From Callorhinchus milii (taxonomy: Eukaryota), in the NCBI RefSeq assembly GCF_018977255.1, contig NW_024704743.1, positions 90,646,001 through 90,710,000 of the forward strand: a stretch of 64,000 nt of DNA, read 5' to 3'. The translations under genes were made by a program, and so were the position numbers. Of this stretch, positions 26,560 through 40,139 are shown in pieces (the first letter of the stretch is position 1; each line of letters starts with the position of its first letter). Under the pieces are notes generated by a model, which did no database searches, was not told the origin of the DNA, and saw nothing but the letters and a program-made list of their open reading frames with translations.

Positions 26560-28720
26560 TAAAAACAACTTGTCTTTATATAGCGCGTCCTTCACATCGG
26601 ACTGTGTTTTGGAGTTTTTAACAGTAGTGGAGTCCGATGCCAAGCCAGTGGGAGGCGGAAGGTGACCGTAGGTATGGTCAAAGAGGAAGTTCTTTAAGCG
26701 TGACCTGAAAATGGGGAGAGAGGGAGCAAGGTAAAGGGATTGAGGGAGAGAGTTCCACAGCTTCGGAGCGTAATGGTTAAAATCACGGCCACTGATGGTG
26801 GGGCGGAGCATCCAGGGAACAAGGAGTAGGCCGGAGCCACTCAAGTGGAGGCAGTGAGTAGCGGTGTAGGGTTGTAGAGATATGGTGGTGCCAGTGTGAA
26901 GGGATTTAAATACAAGAGTGAGGATTTAAAATTGATTCACTCTGTGACAAGGAGCCAATGAAATTTGACAAGGACTCGGGTAAAGAGGTGCAGAGTTTAG
27001 TGCGATTGAGAATGCAAGTGTCAGAGTTTTGAATGAGTTGGATTTTGTAAATAGTGGAGCAAGGGAGGTGACGAAGGTGTGGAGGGTTTCGGCAGCTTTT
27101 GGAGTGAGGTATGGATGGAAGTGGGCAATGTGGCAGAGGTGGAGGAAAGCGATCCTGACCAGGGGCAGGACGTGGGGTACGAAAGATAGCTGGGGTTGAA
27201 TCTGACACATACATTGTGCAAGGGTTCGGTGAGTCTTAGGGAGAAATCAGGGAGTGTAAGGAAGTCAGGGAGGGTGAGGAGGTCTGAAACGCAGGAGACA
27301 AGATGTTGATCTTGTCAACATTCAGCTGCAGGAAGTTTGCGCTCATCCAGGCACTGATGTTTGTCAGACAAGCTGTCAGCGTGGACTGGGAGTCGCAGCT
27401 AGAGGAAGAGAAGTATGTTTGTTTGTCATCCGTATACATGTGGAAGTTGACCCCATGTTTTTAGATAACATGGTCGAGAGGGAGCATGTAGATGAGAAAG
27501 AAAGGGGGTCAAGGATGGAGCCTTGGGGTACCCCGCAGGTGATCGGGCGGGGGTGGGGTGAAAAAAAATTGGCCGAGTTTAAGTGCTGGCGGTTGGTTAA
27601 GTAGGACTCGAACCATGCAAATGCGGTCCCACTAAGGTGGATGAGGAAGGAGAGACCATAGAGAAGGATGGGGTGGTCAACTGTGTTGAACGCAGTGGAG
27701 AGGACTAGGAGGCAGAGGGAGCTCGGTCACAGAGAGGGAGGAGATCATTTATTACTTTGACGAATGCTGATTCTGTGCTGTGGGCTGGGCGGAAACCAGA
27801 CTGGAGAGGTTTGAGTAGGGAATGGAGGGAGAGGTGTGAGCAATGTTGGTTTGCAACAACGTGTTTCAGGGCTTTGACCAGGAAGGGCAGGTTTGAAATG
27901 GGATGGTAGTGCGCGAGGTTGAAGTGGTCAAGAGTAGTTTTCTTAAAGGAGGGGAGTGATGCCAGCTGTTTTGAGGGGGAGTGGGACTGAGCCTGAGGAG
28001 AGGGACTGATTTATGGTTTCTGCTAGCAGTGGGCAGTTGAACGACCAGTAGCTGGGTGGAGAGAGGCTCGAGGGAGCACCTGGTGGGCTTCATCTGGGTG
28101 TTGGAGTATGAGAGGGAGGAAGGAGAGATGGGGACAAAGGAATGTAGATTGGGGCCCGTGGGAGGAGGAGTGGGTGATGGAGAAGGAATGGGGTGACGGT
28201 TGGGGACAGGGGGCACGAGGAGGCAGCCAGGCAGGTGTTATCTATCTTGGAGGCCTCTTCACACTTGGCATTAGATGTTAGGATTGAGGGTACTTTATGG
28301 GGCATGCGGAGGGGATGGTGGGAGATGGAGAATAGGATTTTGGAGTTGCTTTTGGCCTCCAGAATGACCTGCGAGTAGAAAGCAGTTTTAGGTTGCAAGA
28401 GGGAGTAGTGTTAGTGTGAAGATGCTCGAGTCACAGCTGTTGGTGAACCATAAGGCTGGTTTTGTGCCATCTGTGCTCAAGCAACCGGGTTTGGGATTTG
28501 AGGGAGCAGATATGACTATTGTACCAGGGGGAGAGGGTAGGTTTGGAGATGGTCCTAGATTTCAGGGGACAAGGGAATTGAAGGTGGAGGAGAGGCGATC
28601 GTTTAACAGCTTGATGGCTGCATCAGGATTGTTGGGGGTGGAAGGCCAGAGGGAGAGAAGATCCGACGATGAGAGGCCATTTGTGAGGGACTCAGGCGGA
28701 AGCTCGGAGGATTGCTTGCG
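26560..28720 (-). mobile_element. Old L2 LINE, about 2.1 kb degenerate ORF2
   Basis: GVPQGSILDP, YTDDKQ (decayed YADD), ANFLQLN, APKLWNSLP remnants. Confidence 0.88.
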
Positions 28721-29579
28721 AAATCTAGGCACTCAACTGTAGATTCACTGGATAACTCACTCCAGATCCTTCTCACCCACTTCCTAGCAACATTAGAATT
28801 ATGTTTCCACGTATAGAGCAAGCTTGGCAAAGGCCTGCAAAACAGCTTCTTGCCCAATGTCTGAAGAATATTTGTGGAATAAGGAAATTTGCCCAACCCT
28901 GCCGGGAATTAAACCCAGCTCTCTCACTAGTGAGGCGAGTGCTCTAACCAATAAGCTACAGGACTCCTACTTAAAACTAATCTAAAATAAGGGAAAAATA
29001 ACTGTAAATACGAGACAGATTCCAGAAGAAAACCTGGAAAAATTTATCTGAAACAGTTCAGAAAAGAATTTCTGATAAAGAACTTACTATTTTAAGAAAA
29101 TTTTATTCGATGTTGATGTTGCCAAGCATCAGTTGATTGATATGAGACCAGGAGGATGGAAAGAATAAATTATTCTGGTGAAACAAAGAGGTCAATTTCA
29201 TTATGTTGTGTAAATCATAAATTTTGTAACAAGGTTGTGACTATTAGTAGTAGTTACTCACTCTGATAAAAATTTCTTTGAATTTCTAAAATAATAGCAA
29301 TAGTTAGTTGCGACCTTGTTCTGAAAATTGCTTCTTAACTTTGCTCCTAATAAAACTAGTTCCTTTTTTCAATTAGGTGACTCGTTTTTTATTGTTGTAA
29401 TCTACAGTCCACAGGAGCTAAAAGTTGTATTCACATCTGGTGATCAGTGAAAACATTTTTTTATTTGAGACTGGGGAGAGATGTTATGCCTTGTAGAAAG
29501 ACAGTGACCCAATAAAACTTAAAACATAAAAATAATTGAAGTTGAAAATCTAGAATTAAAAGAAACTTTAAAAGTTTCT

Positions 29580-29870
29580 GTGGGGTTCTGTAGCTAAGTT
29601 GTTAGAGCACTCGCCTCGTAAGCGAGAGACCTAGGTTTGATTCCCAGCAGGGCAAAACCTTGGGCAAGTTTCCTTACTCCACACCCTGATAATAATCCCT
29701 CAAAAAAAGGAAACAATAATAATTTGGTCACTTCAATCCACGATTGTTTGTGGAGCATTGCTGTGCGCAATTGGCTGCCGCATTTTGCCCACAAAAATAC
29801 AGTGAATTCACTCTACAGTATATTCTGTGAAGACGTGAAAAGTGCTATATCAAATACAAGGATTATTATT
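29580..29870 (+). mobile_element. tRNA-derived SINE
   Basis: Family head and tail. Confidence 0.82.
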
Positions 29871-32800
29871 AAGTTTCTTTAAAACAAAGCAATGATACAA
29901 TGCTGAATGGGTTCAAGGAAGAAACCATTCTTCAGATGTCCAAGGGGTGTTCAGTCATATACAACTGGACAAAAACAGCTGAAAATATTGTACCTTATGA
30001 TCCCAAATGACAATTATTACATCACATACACTGCATTTTTTTACCTGTATTTCAGAATACTAATACAAGTGTCCCTTGAAATGCTTAAACAAACAAGTCG
30101 AATGTATGTTAATACTTTGTTCTCTTAAGTAGCACTAAACAGACTCAGGCTTAATAGTCAAGCTTGGAGGTAAAATGCCTAAGGCACACAAGCCTGCATA
30201 TTTCCAGATGTTTAACAATAATGGATTATATTGTATGGATTAAATGTCTTGTCTTTTTCTCATACTTCAGAGTAATGGGAACGTGTTAATCTTCTGTTTT
30301 TATTATGAATGCATCAAAATCTGTGTAGCACGGTTCTTCGTGGCGTTGCTTACCGTATAGATGTAAACTGATTGAATCTGGCTAACAATGTGAACTGCTG
30401 GATGAGGCTTTGGTACATATATTTGAAAGTTGTATCTGAGGAAAGTCTTATTTTGTTCCGTTGTCTACTTTTCCATTTGATTCGTAGTATTTTCTAGAAT
30501 TTCCGTTTATTATGCAGTATTATGGGTTCAAGTACTTTGCTTGCAGATATTAAGTCTGCACGTACAGTATTACAGTTGTGTGTGTTCTGCGGTGCGGAGT
30601 GGCTGTCGCAGAGCTCCCTCTAGTGACATGTTTTTGATGGTGTCCTCGACTTGGTTCTGAATTCGTGCTTCTCCTCCAGAGGTGCCATTTTAAACAATAA
30701 CAGTCATTTTGCATCGATGTAGCAACAATACTTTTGTTTTAGTAAGTATCGATGAGTGCAGCAGCTGATGATTTTTCCGACAATATTTTTTTCAGTACTG
30801 TAAGAAGTTCTTGATGTTAGCGAAAGCTTCACAGCTTCCAGCAGTCTTGGTGAGTCACGTCCCAGCTTTGAGAAACCGAAAAGCAAAGCAACCTGCAGGT
30901 TACCAGTAACATCTAATGTATTTCGCTCTCCAGCTTCAATCTTAAACTTATTTCTTCCTCTGTGGTTTGTGTCTTGTTGCATCTGATGCCTTACTACTTA
31001 TCCCTCTCCCATTCCCCGCAATTTCTTCTCCCTCATGTATGCTATCGCCTATTAGCTATATTAAGCATTTTGTTTACTTTGATAAGGTCCCTCTGAAGCA
31101 TTCCATTCTAAAGATTAAAAAGCTTAGCATAGCTACTTGTTCCTCACAGCTAAATACTAATATTGAGGGTGAACCTCATTGCTTTCTTCTGTACTGCCTC
31201 TAGAACTGAGACAATATTTTGCAATATGGTTAGTAAACATAGGAGATACATATATGAGATCAAATGTACTAAGAGGGTTTCCCTCCACTACCTCCATCCA
31301 AGAAGTTGTTCAAGTGTGAGCCTTGGCAAGCTACTCCATAGTAGAGGGCATCAGAGCCTGGCCTCACTTTTCCTCTCCCAGGCGCCACACACAAAAGGCC
31401 AGGACAGTGGGACTGAATGGATTGCTCTGAAAGGAGTCAGCAGACATGATGGGCTGAAAGGCCAGGACCAATAAATCCGGATGATTTTACCCTCCCTCCC
31501 TAGTCCAAGGAAGACTGGAACCTATTTAGCCTTCCCATGCAGCCCCAGCTGAGACCAGAAAACAGCACAGGCTGGGATTCAAACCAATGGGCCATTAGTC
31601 TATAAACTGCATACCTATGTATTACACCATCAGGGTCCTCACCTAATATCTCTGATTTAGACCGATATCCCATTCAGTGACACTGAAATGCAACAATGTC
31701 GGTCACGCCCAAAGTCAATGGGATTTTTTGACAATAAATGCTGCACAGTTGGAGTTTTATTTTAGTTTAATTTCACTTTTGTTCTCAAGTTTTGCCCAAG
31801 ACTGGCAGTAACTGGCTTGTCTTTTCCTCCTTAACCCTGGGAATTTTGCCATTAATTTAGCCTGCCCATGCAGCCTCAGATGAGACTAATAAACTCAGCA
31901 TGGTCCCACATCCTAGATCAAAAGTGATCACATCTCAAATTGCTGATCACTGTACAAAAAGTAACCTTGTTTCACATGTGCAATTTTTTTCATTTTTAAA
32001 TACAGGAAATATAGATAATCATCAATTATATCCATAGGATAAATCATTGTTATTTATTTTAAACCTTTCAGACAAGTTAAGTCAAAGACAATTTATAACT
32101 GTTACAATACATATACTACATTGTACATATACGGCATTGTACACCAATAAATGTGGTCTTTTATAAAATATACATTAACATACTGCAACACAACAAAGTT
32201 TTTTTCTTTAGCTTGGTAACGTGTTATATTAATGTTGCATTTATAGTGTGGAAAGCAAAAACTTTTTTCTCCCAGCAGTGTAAAAATGTCAAAAGAAAGC
32301 CTGGTATTATTTCCTGCTCCACAGCACTTTCGTTTTGGAAATGTGCCCTTGACATATTCACAGAACAGTAAAATTGGGCAGTTATTTTTATGGCAATTAT
32401 TAAAAAGCCTATTGCTTTCAAGGGCTATGAATGGAAAATGGATGAGTGAGCTCAATGTGAATTGTACCCACTGTGATTATACTCCAAGTGATTTCAGGAA
32501 TACAGCTCTTGCATGACTTTGGTTCTTGGCACTCAATTTATGTTACATGTTTAGCGACAAACTACTGCAATTCACTGCCAATTATATAGTCAAAACACTG
32601 CTTTGCAAAAGGTTGAACATTTCTAATAGTTTCTTTGTGATTTAATCCATTCAATTACTTAGATAATATTGCTAGTGAATGAAGTCAAATAGCATTTTAG
32701 ATAGAAATTGTTATTTTTGTTACTACACAAACGATTATTCAAAATATTATAACTGGAATAAATTAGATAACAATGGAATATGAAGCAATAAACCAGTATA

Positions 32801-33211
32801 ATATTCAACAAGCAATGCAAAAAATATTCGAGCAATGTAACTCCTGTGTAGCAACCTGCAAAACCTACATGACATAAACATTATATTATAATTTTCTCTG
32901 GGGAATTCCCTATTTGGCATTCAGTTGTGCGACTTCAAATTCAACGAGAACTTGGGTCTAGTCCAAGGACTCAAGTCTGCATCACGTACAAGCCATTTCC
33001 TAAATAAAACACTGTTTATGTTGTCGGCATTTTTGCCAGCAGCTAATTACGGTTATGTTATCTAGAATGCTTTTTAGACAAAATGTATATGCTAATTATG
33101 AGATGTACATAGAATATCAAACAAAGATTACAAATGCCTGCAATATATTATTTGCATGTAGCACCCTTTTTTAATCCTTGAGGACATCTCCTTGGATTGG
33201 CATTCCCAAAT

Positions 33212-33340
33212 TTAACTTGTAGGATCATTGATGAATTCCATGATTTTAGCAACTAGCTTCTCTTTCTTTTCTCTTGCTTTCACAGGAATTCCACGAAGCT
33301 TCAGCCATGAATGGAGAGTTACACTATTAAGTTTAGTCAG
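33212..33340 (-). CDS. C18orf63: C18orf63 orthologue, coding exon 14 (last; SAP-like motif)
   Basis: Acceptor CTTTTTGCAG; LTKLNSVTLHSWLKLRGIPVKAREKKEKLVAKIMEFINDPTS-TAA; phase 0 continues exon 13. Confidence 0.8.
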   Translation of the reverse strand: MTKLNSVTLHSWLKLRGIPVKAREKKEKLVAKIMEFINDPTS

Positions 33341-33819
33341 CTGCAAAAAGAACACAAATCTTTAAAATCACTTTTACAAGCATTGAATTGTAAAGCAAAA
33401 TTATAGCCTCACTTGCTTATTAGACTTCCCGCAGCTGAATGCCGACAGGAAGAAAGCCATACTCCTTGGCTTCTATCAACATCTTCTCTGCTGTGGCTCT
33501 GCCCTCCTCAACCTCCCTGGCCTACCCTTAAGACCTACTGATAAATTAACCTAGGTGTCAGGTTTGATCCCCATCTGTCATTCCTATCCCACATCCAATT
33601 CCTGACCAGGGCTGCTTTCATCCACCTCCCATCACATTTCTCACCTTCAACTGTACCTCACACCCAATGCAGCCAAGGCCCTTGTCTGTGCTTTCGTAAT
33701 CTCCTGCCTCAATTATTCCAATGCCCTCCTTGCCTGTCTTGCCAGCACCACTATCCACAAAATCAAACTATTTAGGAACTCCGACGCCCATATATTCACG
33801 CACTCTACACTTCATTCAT

Positions 33820-35182
33820 TATTCGAACCCCTTCCGTCGGGTTTCCGTGCTGCCCATAGCACAGAAACTGCCCTGGTCAAGGTCACCAATGACATCCTGA
33901 CCATCTGTGACCAGGGCGCCCTCTACCTCCTCGACCTATCGGCAGCATTCGATATGGTCGACCACACTATCCTCCACCACCGCTTGTCCTCCCACCTAAA
34001 CCTTCAAGGCCCTGTCCTTGAGTGGTTTAGGTCGTACCTCTCCCACCGTCTTCACTTTGTTTCTACGAATGGCTTTGTGTGGTGTCCCTCAGGGCTCTGT
34101 CCTCGGTCCCCTCCTCTTCACCCTCTATATGCTCCCCCTTGGTGACAGCATCCGCAGACATGGGGTTAACTTCCACATGTATGCGGATGACACCCAACTC
34201 CACCTTTCCTCCTCTATCCTCAACTCCACGACCACCGATGTCCTGACAGTCTGCCTGTCTGACATCGAGTCCTGGACAAGAAACAACTTTCTTCAGCTCA
34301 ATGTGCGTAAAACTGAGGCCCTCCTGATTGGCTCACGTCAGCGCCTCCGCACCTCAGGCGCTGACACCATCAGCATCCAAGGCTGCACTCTCCACCTCTC
34401 AAAGCCGTCAGGAACCTCGGGGTTCTGTTCGACCCTGAGCTGTCCTTTCTCCTTCATATCCACACCACAACTGGCACCGCCTTCCATCACCTCCGGAACA
34501 TCGCCAGACTACGGCACTACCTCACCCCTCACGCTGCTGAAACTCTGGTCCACACCTTTATCACCTCAAGGCTGGACTATGGGAACTCTCTCCTCGCCGG
34601 CCTTCCCGGCACCTCCCTCCACAAGCTGCAGGTCATTCAGAACTCTGCAGCTCGTGTACTGTCCCGCACCAGGCTTCGCGACCACATCACTCCCACCCTC
34701 GCTCGCCTCCACTGGCTCCCCATCCCCCAGAGGATTGATTTCAAGATCCTCATCCTCACCTACAAGGCCATTCACGGCCTTGCTCCCTCCTACCTCTCCA
34801 ACCTACTATCCCCCTACCTACCTGCCCGTACCCTCCGTTCCTCTGGCTCCGGTCTGCTCCACATCCCCCGCCCCAACCGCCCTACCATCGGTGGTCGGGC
34901 CTTCAGCCTCTCAGCCCCCAGGCTCTGGAACTCCATCCCCCAGTGCCTTCGCCGCCTCCTCCCTTTCCTCCTTCAAGGCCGGTCTCAAGACCTTTCTCTT
35001 TGACCGAGCCTTCAGCTCCCCTCTCGACTCTCTACCCCCTCCTCGCTCCCTCCCTTCCCTCCCCTCACCTCACCCTGACCATTTCCCCCAATACTCGGGT
35101 CCTGACCCAACTGTACAGCGCCTTGGGACATCCTCCCGACGTGAAAGGCGCTCTATAAATGGAATCTTGTTGTTGTTGTTGT
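33820..35182 (+). mobile_element. Young L2 LINE (RT to 3' tail) inserted into an older L2 (about 33540-33810 and 35183-35630)
   Basis: [16 protein letters not shown]...YADDTQL intact motifs, one downstream frameshift; older L2 text resumes after the (TTG)n tail. Confidence 0.9.
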
Positions 35183-36141
35183 TCATATCCCCATCACACC
35201 AGTTCTTGTTATGCTTCACTGGCTTCCTATCACAGAACAATCGGCTTCAAGATCCTCACACTCGCCTACAAATTTCTTCATGTCCTAGTATCTCCCTACC
35301 TCTCCGACTTGATTATTCCCCACTCCAACACCCGTCCTCCGCTTGGCTAGCTCTAGTCTTCTGCTTGTCTCTTGTTCCCTCCGCTCCACCATCGGCTGCT
35401 GTGCAATCAGCTGCTACACCCCGAAACTTTGGAACTTTTTTTCTCTCAATCCCTCTACCTGGCCACAACCTTCCCCTTTTTGAGAACCTTCCTCTTCTAC
35501 CATTCCTACTGTCACCTCCTCCCTCCTCCCTCCGCCTGGCTCGGTATTAGGCTCTCACACAGTTAAGCCTTCCGAAACCTAGCCCTGCTTGAAAGGTGCT
35601 ATATAAATGCATATTGTTGTTGTTGTTGAGCAATTCTAACTATTCTAATTCATTGAACTGACCTAGAAGAATTCAATATTCAGCTAAAAGAACTGAAGTA
35701 CTCAGGCTGCACAATTTTCCTCCAAGTCTTTATCCTCACAGAGGGGTTGAAATTTCACTACATGAACATAGCAGCCATAAAGGAGTTTGGATGACATTGC
35801 CATATTTTTATTTGTGCCATATTCCTGTTAGTGAACTTAGTCTCAGAGGCAGCTGACAGTGCAACATGCACAAATAGTTAATGAAACTGACATGACAGGA
35901 GAGGATCATAAGCACAATGCCCCCAGTGATATCTGCCTCCACTTCCATACAACTGCAAAGGGACGACTTGTCTGTGGTCCGGCGATATGTTGAGGTAGCA
36001 GCAGGAGAGGCTGGTGACCTCTTCCTTTAGCTCTTGGTCTAATTACATACATTATTTTGTATAAAGAGCAGCCAGAGGTTAACAATGTAAGAAAACATGG
36101 ATTGACTAAAGACCAAGAAGCCATACAGCTCTCTCAAATAC

Positions 36142-36231
36142 CTGATTAGTTTTTGCATGCTGTGCCATATCAACATCCTGGATAACTGGTTTACTCTTTG
36201 GTTTCTTTGGATTTGAATTTAATGCTTCAGC
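36142..36231 (-). CDS. C18orf63: C18orf63 coding exon 13
   Basis: TTTTTTATTGACAG acceptor, CAG|GTATT donor; AEALNSNPKKPKSKPVIQDVDMAQHAKTNQ; phase 0-0. Confidence 0.8.
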
Positions 36232-37039
36232 CTGTCAATAAAAAATTGTAACCTAATCTATAATTTCAGAAGTAAAAAGTTAAAAAAACACGGTTATGCA
36301 ATCCAATTTTACCAATTACAGAAATCACTGAATAAAAACTACTGATAACTTTGGTAAATCATTAAATCACTGTTTGAATTTACAAGTCATACAGACTTTT
36401 AGAAAGGCTATTTCTCACTGTTCTAATCGACATAACGACCAGCTTTGCACCTTTTTGACTCAGTCATTTTGATGTTACACATTAACTATCAATGAAGATA
36501 TACACACTTTGCAATCAGAGCCTACAAGAATCACGAGGCCAGTGCATAAAACTGCTTTAAAACATTTTTTGTCTTTAACACTAACCCTTTTTTCATCAAA
36601 GTAAGTTGTGTTTGAAGGGAGAATTAAACATGGTTGGTCAGATTTGCAAAGAAACCTGAAAGATTGCTTTCATTGTGCATTAAATAAGAGACTGCAGGGA
36701 ATCAAATAACCTATTAATGTTAGTCCTTAATGAAGGGCCGATCACATGAAAAATTTCCCATTCAGCACAGATCAACTGAATCAGTGAACCTCCTACACCC
36801 TCAGGATATGAATCTGGTTCAAAGATATTTTGATATTAACTAGATTACAAGCTAGAAATCAATGTTCATAAAATACATAAAACATTTTTAATCAACGTCT
36901 ACAAAGCTCTTCAACTGAGCTTCATTTATCTCAAGTGATTTTAATGTCCTAGTCCTAACAAGCGCTTGACAAATTCAATGAACTCCTGCCTATATTAGGT
37001 AGTTCTTTTTCTTAATTGGTCACAGAAGTCAAGATGAAA

Positions 37040-37360
37040 ACTTCACTCCCCTAATGGGTAAAGGCCTGGTGCAGCACTTGGTCATACAGACTAGGCTACA
37101 GATATGAATGCCAGTCTGGGTTGAATTAGGTGATCAATGAGAGTAGCATTTGGAGCTACAGTTGACCTCAGTGCTCCCTTGGTTAGGAAGTGGAAAATCA
37201 GCCAATTTTTGATGTGCATGTATAGAGATCAGATGTGGACAGGCTTTACTGAGATTTACCCTTGGTTGAATGGCGTAGCAGCACCCAACTGTCAGAAAAC
37301 AGTCACTCGGATGAACTTCTCAAGGATGACTGCTTCTTGTGATACAATACCCCATTAGTA
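37040..37360 (+). mobile_element. Ancient SINE, AmnSINE2-like (other remnants near 22440-22540, 31380-31600, 31800-31920, 51080-51430)
   Basis: GCTACAGTTGACCTCAGTGCTCCCTTGGTTAGGAAGTGGAAAATCAGCC resembles the AmnSINE2 core as recalled. Confidence 0.55.
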
Positions 37361-37438
37361 GGAAAAAGGAATCTATTTCAGGAAAGTAGTGGAATATTAA
37401 AATAAGAAAAATGATGAACAAAAGAAAACAAAACTTAC

Positions 37439-37555
37439 TTGGTGCTTCCTTTTTTCAGCTTGTTTCTTATCAGAAACATTTCTTTGTATTGAAGCCTCTA
37501 AACTCATACCCCTTCCTTGTTGCAGCGGTCCCTTTAATGTCAGCACACCTGGTGA
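37439..37555 (-). CDS. C18orf63: C18orf63 probable coding exon 12
   Basis: TTTTGATTCCCAG acceptor, CAA|GTAAGT donor, 117 nt open in phase 0 (SPGVLTLKGP...EKRKHQ); no homology support, acceptor choice uncertain. Confidence 0.6.
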
Positions 37556-37994
37556 CTGGGAATCAAAACACAACACTTTATCCCCAAGAATAAAATGTAC
37601 GCACTCTATATGAAAAAATATACAGTTGGAAATATACATAAGATGTAATCATATTGCACCTTCCCCCTCTCAACTCTGCCGCTACCCAAGACTGTTTGTG
37701 GGACACTGTTGTGCACAATTGTCTGCCACATTTTACCCACAAAATAGTCAATTCACTTTATAGTGTATCCTGTGAAGCACTTTGAGACATCTTGAAGACG
37801 TGATAAGGCCCTATATCAAATGCAAGAATTTTTATTAAATTTATATAAAACTTTAGTTATACTATATTCAGAGTACTGAACACAATTCTGGTTACTATAT
37901 TACAGAAAGGATTTTGTAGCATTGGAGAGTACAGTGCAGATTTACAGGGATGTTACCAGGGATACGTGAAGACGGCTATCAAGAAAGATTATAA

Positions 37995-38660
37995 AATGCA
38001 AAATACTGCAGATGCTGGAAATCTGAAACAAAAACAGAAGTTGTTGGGAACACTCAGCAGGTCAGGCAGTATCTATAGAAAAAGGAAAATGAGTCAGTGT
38101 TTCGTGTCCATGGCCTTTCATCAGAACTGGGGCATGTTGGAGTGAGAGGTTTTTAAGAACTAACAGAGAGGGGAGAGGCAGGGTAAGGAAGACAAAAGAG
38201 AAAATGAGGTAGGGGACAGGCAATGATGGGCTAAGGTGTTAATGACACAAAACAATGGGGGTGATTGCAACAAAACAGGTGAAAAGAGGTGTTAATAATG
38301 CAAACCAAAGGGGGGAAAATTGCAACAAAACAGGCAGACCAGAGAGAGAAAAGGTGTGTCTGGGACCCAGATGATGTGGTAATGGTCACAGAAGAGGGGG
38401 AGGGGTAGGGGGAAGGTGAGCTGTTATGGTCTGAAATTATTGAAATCAATATTGAGGCCAAATGGCTGTAAGGTCCCTAGCAGACAGATGAGGTACTGTT
38501 CCTTGAGCTTGCGCTGTGGTTCACTGGAACAGCGTAGGAGACCATGGATGGAGAGGTCAGAGTGGGAGCAAGAGTTGAGGTGGCAAGAAACCGGAAGCTC
38601 AGAGTTGTGCTTGCGGATAGAACGGAGGTGTTTGGCAAGTTGGTCACCCAATCTGCCGAT
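37995..38660 (-). mobile_element. Penelope-like element, GIY-YIG endonuclease C-terminus and 3' region
   Basis: RLGDQLAKHLRSIRK...LPVSCHLNS.SHS...QRKLKEQYLICLLGTLQPFGLNIDF, typical of Penelope ends. Confidence 0.85.
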
Positions 38661-38689
38661 CAATCACCCAATCGTCACTCAATCGGCCC

Positions 38690-40120
38690 TGCAACTCCAA
38701 GTAATAAGATCATGGCTGATCTTCTAACCTAATTCCATTTACCTGCCCTATCCCCATATCCCTTAATCCCTCTATCCTTTAGAAATCTATCAACTTCAGT
38801 CTTGAATATATTCAAGGACTGAGCATCCACAGCCTTCTGGGGTAGAGAATTCCATAAATTCACTATCCTCTGAGTGAAGAAATGTTTCCTCAACTCAGTT
38901 CGAAAAGGCTGACCTTTAATCTTGAGACTATGACCCCTAGTTTTAGATTCTGCAACCAGGGGAAACAGTCTCACGACATCTACCCTGTCAAGACCCTTAA
39001 GAATCTTATAGGTTTCTATAAGATCACCTCTAATTCTTCTATATTCTAGAGAATATAGGCCTAGTTTACTCAACATATCCCCATAGGTTAACCCCCTCAT
39101 CCCAGGAACCAACCTAGTGAATCTATGCTGCACCGCTTCTCAGGCGAGTATGTCCTTTCTTAAATAAGGAGACCAAAACTGCACACAATATTCTAGGTGT
39201 GGTCTCACCAAGATTTTATACAACTGCAGCAAGACTTCCCTACTCTTGTACTCTAACCCTTTTGCAACGAACGCCAACATGGCATTAGCCTTCCTTGTTG
39301 CTTGCTGTACCTGATACTAACTTTTTGTGACTGTTGTACAAGAACACCCAAATCCCTCTGAACACTAACACTACCTAGTCTCTTCCCCTCTAGAAAATAA
39401 TCCGCTTTTCTATTTTTACTACCTAGGTGAATAACTTCACTTACCCACGTCATGCTCCACCTGCCACCTTCTTGCCCACTCATTTAGCCTGTCTATTTCC
39501 CTTTGCATTCTTCGTGTGTCATCCTCACAGCTTACTCTCCCACCTATCTTCGTATCATCTGCGAATTTAGATATGTTAAGTTCTATTTCCTCATCTAAAT
39601 TATTGATATAGACTGTAAATAATTGAGGCCCAAGCACTGATCCGTGTGGCACTCCACTAGTCACGTCCTGCCAATCTGAGAAGGACCTGTTTATCCCTAG
39701 ACCTGTTTATCCTTACTCTCTGTTTTCTTCCTGTTATCCACTCTCCAATCCATGCTAATATATTACCTTTAATACCATGGGCTCTAATCTTATGCAACAG
39801 CCTTTTATGTGGCACCTTGTCGAATCCAAATGCAACACATCTACTGGTTTCCCCCTATCTAACCTGCTAGTTACATCCTCAAAAAACTCTAAGATTTGTT
39901 AAACAAGATTTCCCTTTCGTAAAGCTATGTTGACTCTGCCTAATCGTGTTACGATTTTCTAAGTACTCCACGACAATGTCCCTAATTAACGACTCTAGAA
40001 TTTTCCCTACCATCCTGGTTGGTTCCTTAGCATATTGTTCTAGAAGACTATCTCTAATGCATTCTATAAACTCATCCTCTAGTTTACTTTTGCCAATTTG
40101 ATTTTCCCAGTCTATATGAA
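38690..40120 (-). mobile_element. CR1 LINE, RT and C-terminal region
   Basis: SGVPHGSVLGPQLFTVYIN...KFADDTKIGG; RGDLIETYKIL...TRGHSLK...FFTQRIVNLWNSLP. Confidence 0.92.
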
Positions 40121-40139
40121 GACTGGGAAAACCAGTCCT

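Noticed and set aside
33255..33345. Strong-looking plus-strand splice acceptor (polypyrimidine plus CAG)
   Set aside because: It is the antisense of the Lys/Glu/Arg-rich last C18orf63 exon.
34018..35550. 510-aa ORF
   Set aside because: L2 RT frame for the first part, then a frameshift into an alternative Pro/Ser-rich frame and read-through into an older L2.
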